A DNA stretch of 64,000 nt, taken from positions 1,078 through 65,077 of the forward strand of contig JAJPIF010000029.1 of NCBI GenBank assembly GCA_021324885.1, in the 5' to 3' direction. This DNA is from Pseudomonadota bacterium (lineage in GTDB: Bacteria > Desulfobacterota > Binatia > Binatales > Binataceae). The notes under the pieces were generated by a model. The model ran no database searches, was not told where the DNA came from, and was given only the letters and a program-made list of their open reading frames with translations. Positions 38,790 through 47,142 of the stretch are shown here, piece after piece. The position numbers and the translations under genes are program-made. Position 1 is the stretch's first letter. Each line of letters opens with the position of its first letter.

Positions 38790-41138
38790 CTATCCCCCGA
38801 ATATCACTTTGGCTTCACGCAGTCTGGCGATTCGATCGCCGTCGTAGCCGAGAATACTCGACAGAACATGGCTGGTGTGCTCGCCCAGCAAAGGCGCCGG
38901 CGTGACGCTCACCTTCGCGCCGTCGAACCTGATAAACGGCGCGCCTTGCTCCAGTGCTCCAAGCTCCGGGTCGTCCACGATGGTTAACAGCTCATTCGCG
39001 ATTACCTGGGGCTCGTCGAACATCTGCGAGATGTGAGGCACGAGCGAGACCGCAACGCCAGCGGCGAGCAAGCCCTCGAACAGTTGCGCGGCCGCAAAGC
39101 GTGCGCAATAGTCCGCAATGATGCGCGCCAAATCTCCCTCAGGACCAGCTTCGCGGGCCTGCTCATAAGTCTGTGCCGGCAGCGCCGCGATACGCGCGCG
39201 CAGCGCCTGCCATGCTTGCGCATCCGCGATCGCAATATAGATCCACCTGCCGTCGCGGCATTGATAGACGCGATGCAACGCGGAGGGGCCGCGCGATTCC
39301 GGCGCGCCATTTTCCAGGTTGGGCCGGCCGCGATAGAAAACAAACTCGCCCGCCTGCAGCGCCATCACAGCGTGAATCAGCGAGGTCTCGCAATGCTGAC
39401 CCTTGCCGGTTATCTGGCGCGCGCGCAGCGCCAGCACGCATCCGAGCGCCGAGAGCGTCGCCGCGCCATAATCGCTGATCGGCAGCGTCATATAAAGGGG
39501 GTGTTTGGGTGAGTTGTCGCCGTTGTAACCGACGCCGCTGTGCGCCGCCATCGTGCCGGAAACCGCCTGCGCCAGCGGATCGAGTCCCGGCCGATCATAG
39601 TCGGGACCGTCGCTGCCAAAACCCGTGACGGTCATATAGATCAGGCGCGGATTGATCGCGCAAAGCCGTTCGTAGTCGATGCCAAGAGCGCGCGTGCGTC
39701 CGGGACGGAAGTTTTCCACGAACACATCGGCTTTACGGACGAGGTCGTAAACAATCTCACGTCCCTGCGGCGACTTGAGATCGACTCCGAGTCCCAGCTT
39801 GTTCTGGTTCCATGCGCGGAAGCCCGCCACATGGCGCAGCGAATCGCCGTCGGGACCTTCAACCTTGATTACTTCGGCGCCCAGATGCGCCAACAGCATC
39901 GGGCCGAACGACCCCGCTATATAACTGGAGACGTCAATCACCCTGATGCCGGCCAGCGGGCGCGCATCGCGGCCGGATTTGGAGGAAGACGGCGCGCAAG
40001 CGTCGCGGCCGCGCGCCTCCCTGAGCAAGCCTTCGAGCGACGAATTTTCCGCGGTGATGGCCGGTGCCGGCCCGGTGATTTCGCCGGGCGTCTGGTGCAG
40101 GTGAATCGGCGGACCCATCTGGATGGTCGGCCCAAGCGCCGGATCAACGATTTCGCGCCGCATACCCAGATATCGCACCTGGGGATCTTCCATGAACTGG
40201 CCGCGCGTCAACACGGGCGCCGCTGGCACTTCGTACTCGCGCAGGACCCGAATCCATTCCTCGCGCGAGCGTTGGAGGAAGGCCTGATCGAGAATGTCTT
40301 TAAGTTCCTGGATGTGCGCTTTCGGGATCCGCCAAGGCGCCTGATTGAAGCGTGGATCCTCGAACAGGCGGGGCTGTCCGATAGCGCCCGCCAGACGCTG
40401 GCAAAACCGCGCGCTGGTGCAATCCACGATCAGGTAAAGGCCGTCCGACGCCTTGAACAGCCGGATTACCGCATACGGCCCCAACGGATCCGCGGGTCCG
40501 GGCTGGGTGGTTGCGAGTTTCGGATGGCGCAGGAAATCTCCGCTTTGAAGCGCCATCGAACCGGCCAGCAAGGATACCTCGACTGGCCTGCCGACGCCGT
40601 CATCGTGCCGCGCTATGAGAGCCGCGATTGCGGCTGCCGCACCCAGCAGGCCGGCCTCGTAACTGGGCGCCGGAAAAACGGTTACGACCGGGTTTCCGCT
40701 GCGTGAACTTTGAGTGGCAAAGATTCCGCTCCAGGCCCGCACCACGTCATCTGCCGCGGCAATCTCGGCGTATGGCCCGCGGCTTCCCAGCGGCGGCATT
40801 CGAAGCAGGATTGCCGCAGGATTCAACCGATTGAGCGAACCATGCTCAATGCCTAAAGCTTGTTCACGGGAAGGAGTGAATCCGGACACCACCACGTCGG
40901 CGATTTTCAACAATTCATGGACTTTGCCGAGATCCGTGCTGGAATCCAGGTTGAGGAACAGCGCTTGCTTGCTCCGGTTCAGGACATGGAAATGGGGGGC
41001 GCCGCGGATGCGGTCTCCCTCGGGCGGCTCGATCCGGATCGTTCGGGCGCCATACTCGGCCATCAACATTGCCGCATACGCGGAACCCAGATTGCCGGCA
41101 AATTCGACCACGGTGATTCCGTCCAGAGGTTTGGCCAT
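38790..41138 (-). CDS. Tandem-fused double CoA-transferase family III protein (782 aa)
   Basis: Two complete CaiB-like units: ITVVEFAGNLGSAYAAMLMAEYGARTIRIE and IRVIDVSSYIAGSFGPMLLAHLGAEVIKVE. Confidence 0.85.
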   Translation of the reverse strand: MAKPLDGITVVEFAGNLGSAYAAMLMAEYGARTIRIEPPEGDRIRGAPHFHVLNRSKQALFLNLDSSTDLGKVHELLKIADVVVSGFTPSREQALGIEHGSLNRLNPAAILLRMPPLGSRGPYAEIAAADDVVRAWSGIFATQSSRSGNPVVTVFPAPSYEAGLLGAAAAIAALIARHDDGVGRPVEVSLLAGSMALQSGDFLRHPKLATTQPGPADPLGPYAVIRLFKASDGLYLIVDCTSARFCQRLAGAIGQPRLFEDPRFNQAPWRIPKAHIQELKDILDQAFLQRSREEWIRVLREYEVPAAPVLTRGQFMEDPQVRYLGMRREIVDPALGPTIQMGPPIHLHQTPGEITGPAPAITAENSSLEGLLREARGRDACAPSSSKSGRDARPLAGIRVIDVSSYIAGSFGPMLLAHLGAEVIKVEGPDGDSLRHVAGFRAWNQNKLGLGVDLKSPQGREIVYDLVRKADVFVENFRPGRTRALGIDYERLCAINPRLIYMTVTGFGSDGPDYDRPGLDPLAQAVSGTMAAHSGVGYNGDNSPKHPLYMTLPISDYGAATLSALGCVLALRARQITGKGQHCETSLIHAVMALQAGEFVFYRGRPNLENGAPESRGPSALHRVYQCRDGRWIYIAIADAQAWQALRARIAALPAQTYEQAREAGPEGDLARIIADYCARFAAAQLFEGLLAAGVAVSLVPHISQMFDEPQVIANELLTIVDDPELGALEQGAPFIRFDGAKVSVTPAPLLGEHTSHVLSSILGYDGDRIARLREAKVIFGG

Positions 41139-41460
41139 GCTATTCCTCGATTGTTGGTCAGAACGTGAAACCCGCGGCTGCGCGCGCCATTGCGGCGGTT
41201 ATAACTCATAATTCGGGCACGGGCAAAACGTGAAGTCGCGAACGTTTTGGATCGTCATCGTCATTTGGTTCAAGCTTGCACACGCCACATCCATCTGGTG
41301 GCCGCTCGAAACAATTTGCACAGGAACAGGCTTCTTGATAACGCTAACAGAAAGGCTTCAGCGCGCTATAACTTGGATTGGCGGCAGCATCTGCGTGGCG
41401 GCCATGACCTTTTGACCTGAGAACCCTTCCGGTTTTCCCCCGCACCGCGAGCCCGGCCAA

Positions 41461-41487
41461 TTGAAGCTGCTGCGAATTGCGTATAAT
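41461..41487 (+). promoter_or_regulatory. Sigma70-like promoter candidate (TTGAAG, 15-nt spacer, TATAAT) upstream of response regulator
   Basis: Hexamers seen in AT-richer intergenic region ~30 nt before ATG 41519; spacer shorter than ideal. Confidence 0.3.
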
Positions 41488-41518
41488 CGTGCGCGCATGG
41501 CGCCGGGGCATTCTGAGC

Positions 41519-41968
41519 ATGGATACGATGTCGGGCAATAGCGGCGAACCTCGCGGTCGCACAAACAGTGGCGCGACGATACTTCTGGTTGACGATAACG
41601 AGGATCTTCGCGAAATCACTGCGATGCTGCTGTCGAACCTCGGCTACGAAGTCGTGGTGGCGGAAAGCGGCGCCGCCGCGATCAAACTCCTTGAAGAGGA
41701 GAAATCGGCGTGCGACCTGCTGATCGTGGATTTCGCGATGCCTGAGATGTCGGGCTTGCAACTTACCGCCAGGGTCCGCAGCCGCCGGCCCGACTTGAAA
41801 GTCCTGATCATGACCGGTTACGCTGACGACCCGGCCTTCCAGGCCAAACTGCGCGGAGAAGCGCTGATCAAAAAACCCTTCACCGCCGACCAACTCCGCG
41901 CGACTTTGGCACAGTTACTGACCGCCGCGGCCCAACCCCGCGTGCCAAACGGCGACGGTGGAAGTTAG
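41519..41968 (+). CDS. Single-domain response regulator (CheY-like receiver)
   Basis: ILLVDDNEDLREI, LLIVDFAMPEMSG (phospho-acceptor Asp), conserved T/K positions. Confidence 0.82.
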   Translation: MDTMSGNSGEPRGRTNSGATILLVDDNEDLREITAMLLSNLGYEVVVAESGAAAIKLLEEEKSACDLLIVDFAMPEMSGLQLTARVRSRRPDLKVLIMTGYADDPAFQAKLRGEALIKKPFTADQLRATLAQLLTAAAQPRVPNGDGGS

Positions 41969-42009
41969 GGCCGGCGCCCGGGTTTGAGCAACGGTCTGGG
42001 AATCAGCCA

Positions 42010-42387
42010 TCAGCCGATTGCCGTTGTCAGCAGTAAGGTGCTGTCCTCGGCCGCCTCGACGCTGTGCGCGACTTCGCGATCCAGCGCGATCATCGAGCCG
42101 GCGGCGATTTCGTTGCTGGCGCCCGCCGCGATAAAATTCACGCGTCCGGAAATCACCTGCACTGTCAGCGGCCCGCGGGTGTGATGCTCATGCAGGCGGG
42201 CGCCGCGTCGCAGCGACATCAGCATCACGTTGAGCCCGTACTGTTTCACCAGGCTTACCGATTCACGGTCGCGATTTGCCGCGTCGCGTTGCGCCTGGAG
42301 CCGCGCAGCTTGTCCAGCCAGATCGATTAATATGAACCCGCCTCGGGCAGGCCGCAGCGCCTGACCCGCGTTGTCGTTATCGGCCAT
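42010..42387 (-). CDS. Cupin domain protein
   Basis: HEHHTRGPLTVQVISGRV cupin motif region. Confidence 0.6.
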   Translation of the reverse strand: MADNDNAGQALRPARGGFILIDLAGQAARLQAQRDAANRDRESVSLVKQYGLNVMLMSLRRGARLHEHHTRGPLTVQVISGRVNFIAAGASNEIAAGSMIALDREVAHSVEAAEDSTLLLTTAIG

Positions 42388-42477
42388 CGAATGTCTCCGT
42401 TTCACACAATGGGCGGCCTTGGGACCGGATGAATTGCATTATGCGGTAGGCAGAGCGGGAGATCCCGCAGCCGCGCT

Positions 42478-43251
42478 CTATTCCAGCCAAGGCTGTTTAA
42501 CCCGCTCAGCGATTTCCGCCAGCGCCTGCTCCTTCTTTTTGCCGGGCCACATCACCAGCCGCGCCTCGGCGAAAAAATACATCGGCGCCTCGCTGAAATT
42601 GTTGAAGTCCGCAAGGACGCTGCGCTGGAACTCGATCGAATTGATCGCGCGCCGCGCCGCGTCATAGTCGTCAAACCAGATCTCGTCGACACCGTCCCAG
42701 CGCGGATCGCCCCAATGGTACGCCTCGTCCAGGACGACGGATTGATGGTAGTGGCGCAGGCCCGGCAGAGCCTTGACGATCGGCGCGTGAACCTCGGTCC
42801 AGTACGACCTGAAATCCTCGATCCTGACACCCATCCTGCGCTGCAGCTGAAAGATGCCCTGGATCATGCCCGAGCGCAGCTCGCCCGCCTCCAGCACCGG
42901 CTTGTCCAGGGCCAGCATGTAGCCGATACGCGAAAGGTCGATAAAGTTGAACTCATCGCGTTTGAAGGGGGAATTCGGATGCTCCTGGATTGAAAGCTGC
43001 CCCACCATGTCGTTAGCTAACTCATCGCTCCACACCTCGCTGACGGCGTCGAACGGCGAGTTTCCGCCCAGCGAATGAATCCGATGATTCTGGATGTAGC
43101 GGCGCATGTGGCGCGGTCTGGTTTCCCCGCCTTTGGTGCCCAGCTCGGCCTGCCGCATGCCGGATTGGGTGTGAAGGGCCAGGTAATGGTAATGGAATCC
43201 GGCCGCGCTCAGCGACGGTTTGCGCCCGAAGAAATAAAACATATGGTACAT
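42478..43251 (-). CDS. Hypothetical protein with two EthD-like domains
   Basis: Second half FRSYWTEVHAPIVKALPGLRHYHQ resembles EthD family; first half similar internal repeat. Confidence 0.45.
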   Translation of the reverse strand: MYHMFYFFGRKPSLSAAGFHYHYLALHTQSGMRQAELGTKGGETRPRHMRRYIQNHRIHSLGGNSPFDAVSEVWSDELANDMVGQLSIQEHPNSPFKRDEFNFIDLSRIGYMLALDKPVLEAGELRSGMIQGIFQLQRRMGVRIEDFRSYWTEVHAPIVKALPGLRHYHQSVVLDEAYHWGDPRWDGVDEIWFDDYDAARRAINSIEFQRSVLADFNNFSEAPMYFFAEARLVMWPGKKKEQALAEIAERVKQPWLE

Positions 43252-43372
43252 AAATTCTTCTCCCGCTGGTTTGCCTGAAGGCGGACAGTCCCTCCAGGAT
43301 TGCGCCGCGACCCCGCACTCCGTTCAAGTTTGCATGGGCTGTTTCATACCGCTTCAGCGCCAGCCTGCGAAA

Positions 43373-44638
43373 CTAAATCACGCCGTCGCGGCGCAGCCGC
43401 TCCTGCTCAGCTTTGCTCAGCTTCAGCAACTCGCCGTAAACGTAGTCGTTATCCTCGCCGTAGCAGGGCGCGGAGCGGCGCGTCGGACCGCCCTGATCCG
43501 ACTCCAGATTGGCGAAGTGCCAGGCGATGTCGCGATGCGGCCAGGTGCCCACGTAGCTGTGGGGCAGATCGATCATCCACTTGAGATGTTTCAACTGGGG
43601 GTCCCTTTCCAGGCGGTCCTGCGCTCTTTGGCACACTCCCGCCGGCACTCCGGCCTTTTGCAACCGCTCCTGGATCGCATAAGCGTCCTGGTCTTTGGTC
43701 CACGCCTCGATCCGGCGATCCAGTTCGTCCTGATTGGCAATGCGCGCCGCCATCGTCGCAAATTTGGGATCGGCGGACCATCCGGGCTGTCCCATCTCTC
43801 TGACCAGCCCGCGCCATTCCTGCTCGTCTCTTACCGCGATCGCAATCCAACGATCCGCGCCCGGCCCGGCGCATCTGTACGCGCCGTGCGGCGCCGCGGG
43901 CTGATACCGGGATCGATTTCCGTCGCGCTGCCAATGGCGTCCGTTGGCCACGTAATCCAGGATCGCCGTTCCGGTCATGTAAATCGCGGGCTCGATCTGG
44001 GAGCCATCGATGTACTGGCCCTTGCCCGTGGCTTGTTTGTAGTTGAGCGCCAAAAGCATGCCGATTGCGCAGTAGTACGCGCCGCTCCAGTCCATATAGG
44101 AGAAGCCCCATCCGGCGGGCGGAGCAGGATCGGGCAGTCCCGATTGCTCAGTCAGCCCCGATATTCCCTGCGCGATTGGACCATAGGATGCATATTTCAC
44201 ATACGGACCTTTTTTGCCCCATCCAGGCTGCTGATAGTAGATAATATCCGGCTTCACCGATTTGAGTACTTCGTAGCCCAGTCCCAGCTTGTCCATGGTT
44301 TCGGCGGTGAACGATTCGACAACCACATCGCTGATGCCGACCAGCCGCAGAAACAGCTTGCGTCCCTCGGGATGTTTCACATTCAGGCTGATTCCGTACT
44401 TGCCGGCGTTGATCGCATTGAAATAGCCGGACCGGTTCGGATTCTGCGGGTCCAGCGGAGCATGGTCAGGCTGGCGATACGGGATCGGCGTTTGCGCATG
44501 GAACCGCAGCCAGTCCATCCTGCCATGCCACTCGACCCGAATGACCTCAGCGCCCAATGCCGACATCAGCTTGAGACCGCCCGCCCCCGCCATCAGCCAG
44601 GTCAAATCCGCGATTCTTACTCCTTCCAACGGCCGCAT
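43373..44638 (-). CDS. CoA-transferase family III protein, type A paralog
   Basis: RIADLTWLMAGAGGLKLMSALGAEVIRVE; clear paralog of 12448..13761. Confidence 0.88.
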   Translation of the reverse strand: MRPLEGVRIADLTWLMAGAGGLKLMSALGAEVIRVEWHGRMDWLRFHAQTPIPYRQPDHAPLDPQNPNRSGYFNAINAGKYGISLNVKHPEGRKLFLRLVGISDVVVESFTAETMDKLGLGYEVLKSVKPDIIYYQQPGWGKKGPYVKYASYGPIAQGISGLTEQSGLPDPAPPAGWGFSYMDWSGAYYCAIGMLLALNYKQATGKGQYIDGSQIEPAIYMTGTAILDYVANGRHWQRDGNRSRYQPAAPHGAYRCAGPGADRWIAIAVRDEQEWRGLVREMGQPGWSADPKFATMAARIANQDELDRRIEAWTKDQDAYAIQERLQKAGVPAGVCQRAQDRLERDPQLKHLKWMIDLPHSYVGTWPHRDIAWHFANLESDQGGPTRRSAPCYGEDNDYVYGELLKLSKAEQERLRRDGVI

Positions 44639-44681
44639 ATCTCTACTCCATTTCCCTGTTGAGGCCGGAAATAAAATCGAA

Positions 44682-45929
44682 TCAGATGATTTTGCGTTCG
44701 CGCAACCGGCTTAGCTCGTCCGCACCCTTGCCGAGAATCTCGCCATACACCTCCGCGTTGTGTTCACCGATGAGGGGCGCGCGCGGACCTGTGCGCCACG
44801 GGCATTCCTCGGAGAGCATCGGCGAGCGCGGATAGGTAAAGCTGCGGCCCAGTTCCGGATGATCGACTTCGCCGAAGGTCTCCCGCGCCCGCCATTGCGG
44901 ATCGTTCAGGTTCTCCTCGGGTTTGCGCACCGGAACCCACGGAATACCCAGATCCTGCGCCTCGTGCCAGGTTTCCTCAAGGTTGGAGGCGGCGACGCAT
45001 TTGCCGATCTGATCGTAAAAGTGATGGTGAAATTCGCGGTTCCTGCGGTTTTCCGGATCCTTGTATTTCTCGCTTCCCAGGTCGTCGGCGAAGCCCTTGC
45101 GCCGCAGCAACTCGACTGCCGCCTCGAATCCGCCTGCGAATGGATTGACTATTATGCAATGGTAACGCCCATCTTTGGTTCGGTATTGGGTCGGCGCGTC
45201 GGGTTCAGGTCGCGCATGGCGTCCGGTCAGCCGCAAATAGGGCCGCCCGGTGAACAGGAAACATTCGACGTCATGCTCGGTGCAGCAGCTAATCGCCTGA
45301 TGGATCGGTATATCAATATAGTCGCCGCGCTGCGTATTGCCGCGCGCGAACAGCGCACCCAGCGCCGCGATAAAGGCCTGGTTGCCGGCGATATGATAGG
45401 AATGCCACATTTGCGCGGCGATCGGCGGCGTGTCGTAGGTGAGGTCGGGTTTGGGATCGTATCCGCAATGCATCATCTCGCCGCCCAGCGCCATATGCAC
45501 CAAATCGTTGGCTTTGTAATCGCGCCACGGACCGCTGCGGCCAAACGGCGTGATACGCACATAGACGAGACCGGGATTGAGGCTTCGCAGCGCGTCCCAG
45601 GTAAAGCCCAGATTCTCCATCGTGTCCAGCGGCAGGCTGTCGATTACAACCGCGGTCTGAGCGAGCAGGCCGCGCAGAAGATCGCGGCCCTCGGCGGCGT
45701 TGATATCAAGCGTGACGCCGCGCTTGCCAAAATTGAAATGCCAGAAGTACAGGCTGCGCTCCGGATCGGGCCGGTCCTGGTAAAACGGCCCGATCGATCG
45801 CGTGGAGCTGCCGCCCGGCGGCTCGACCTTGATCACATCGGCGCCGGCCCCGGCAAACAACTTGCCACAGAACTCGCCCTTCTCGTCGCCCAGCTCAAGC
45901 ACCTTGATATGGGAAAGAAATCCGGTCAT
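44682..45929 (-). CDS. CoA-transferase family III protein, type B paralog
   Basis: VLELGDEKGEFCGKLFAGAGADVIKVEPP; clear paralog of 11261..12448. Confidence 0.88.
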   Translation of the reverse strand: MTGFLSHIKVLELGDEKGEFCGKLFAGAGADVIKVEPPGGSSTRSIGPFYQDRPDPERSLYFWHFNFGKRGVTLDINAAEGRDLLRGLLAQTAVVIDSLPLDTMENLGFTWDALRSLNPGLVYVRITPFGRSGPWRDYKANDLVHMALGGEMMHCGYDPKPDLTYDTPPIAAQMWHSYHIAGNQAFIAALGALFARGNTQRGDYIDIPIHQAISCCTEHDVECFLFTGRPYLRLTGRHARPEPDAPTQYRTKDGRYHCIIVNPFAGGFEAAVELLRRKGFADDLGSEKYKDPENRRNREFHHHFYDQIGKCVAASNLEETWHEAQDLGIPWVPVRKPEENLNDPQWRARETFGEVDHPELGRSFTYPRSPMLSEECPWRTGPRAPLIGEHNAEVYGEILGKGADELSRLRERKII

Positions 45930-46005
45930 TCGGCATCTCCCGATTGGCAATAGTCAGTTCGCGAAAGCAAAGACAACCCTCACCCCAATTTCCTTACCGC
46001 TTATC

Positions 46006-47118
46006 TCACTCCAACCCATAAAGCCGCACGGCGTTCTCCGCGAGCATCTTACGCCTGGCTGCCTCGCTGACGCCTTGGAAGGCCTCCTCGACGTACCGGC
46101 GCGAATTGGGCCAGGTCGTGTCCGTATGCGGATAGTCCGACGACCACATCAGGTTATCGACGCCGATATGCTCGGCGATCTTCACGCCGATCGGATCTTC
46201 GATGAATGTCGCATAGACCTGGCGATGGAAATATTCGCTGGGAAGCAGCGGCAGGTCCAGTTTCGTCCAATGGCGATGGCGCTTGTATGTCCGGTCCATC
46301 TTCTCCAGGAAATATCCGATCCAGCCGATATTGCCCTCTACCGAAACGAACTTGAGGCGCGGGAATCGCTGCAGCACGCCGGTGAAAATGATCTTGGCCA
46401 AGGTCTCATAGCAGGCCAGTGAATGGTTCGCCATCTCGGCGCACAACAATCCCGCCGAGTTCAACTCGTTGAAGCGCTCCGCCTTGCTGCCGGTAATAAG
46501 ATGGATATGAACGGGCAACCCGGTTTCCTGGGCGGCAGCCCAAATCGGATCATAAATCGGATTGTCCAGCGGTTTGAGGCGCGGGTAAGTTGGCACCATC
46601 ACGCCCCTCAATTCGCGCTTCTTCGCCACCCGCCCGACTTCCGCCACCGCCGCCTCGACGTCATCAGTTGGCAACAGCGCTATTCCCAGTAACCGCGACG
46701 CGTCAACCGCGCAGAACTCGGCGAGAAAGTCGTTGTAGGCGCGCAGGCAGGCCAGTTGCAGCTCCGCGTCTTTCATGTTGTAGAACTCTGCGATGGCCAG
46801 GTTCGGAAACAGGACCTGCGCATCGACGCCGTCGATATCCATGTCGCGCAGCCGCTCGTGCGGTTCGTAGGCTCCCTTTCTGATGCTGGCGTAAGTCTCG
46901 CCGGCAGGTTTGTACTCCTCGAACTTGCGGCCGGCCTGCGCACCCAGTCCGAACGTCGCGCCGACCTTGCCGTCGATCTCCCAGGCGTCGCCGTTTGGGG
47001 TGTGCACAATTTTGGGAGCGCGCGCCTTCAGCCTCGAAGGGACGCGGCTTTGCCAGGTATCTTCGGGTTCCTGCACATGATCGTCGGCCGACACCAGATT
47101 ATATTTGTGTTTTTCCAT
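46006..47118 (-). CDS. Amidohydrolase-2 family protein
   Basis: VSADDHVQEP, SDYPH; paralog of 13837..14943. Confidence 0.88.
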   Translation of the reverse strand: MEKHKYNLVSADDHVQEPEDTWQSRVPSRLKARAPKIVHTPNGDAWEIDGKVGATFGLGAQAGRKFEEYKPAGETYASIRKGAYEPHERLRDMDIDGVDAQVLFPNLAIAEFYNMKDAELQLACLRAYNDFLAEFCAVDASRLLGIALLPTDDVEAAVAEVGRVAKKRELRGVMVPTYPRLKPLDNPIYDPIWAAAQETGLPVHIHLITGSKAERFNELNSAGLLCAEMANHSLACYETLAKIIFTGVLQRFPRLKFVSVEGNIGWIGYFLEKMDRTYKRHRHWTKLDLPLLPSEYFHRQVYATFIEDPIGVKIAEHIGVDNLMWSSDYPHTDTTWPNSRRYVEEAFQGVSEAARRKMLAENAVRLYGLE

Positions 47119-47142
47119 AATCAGCGCTCCAAAGACCTGATA

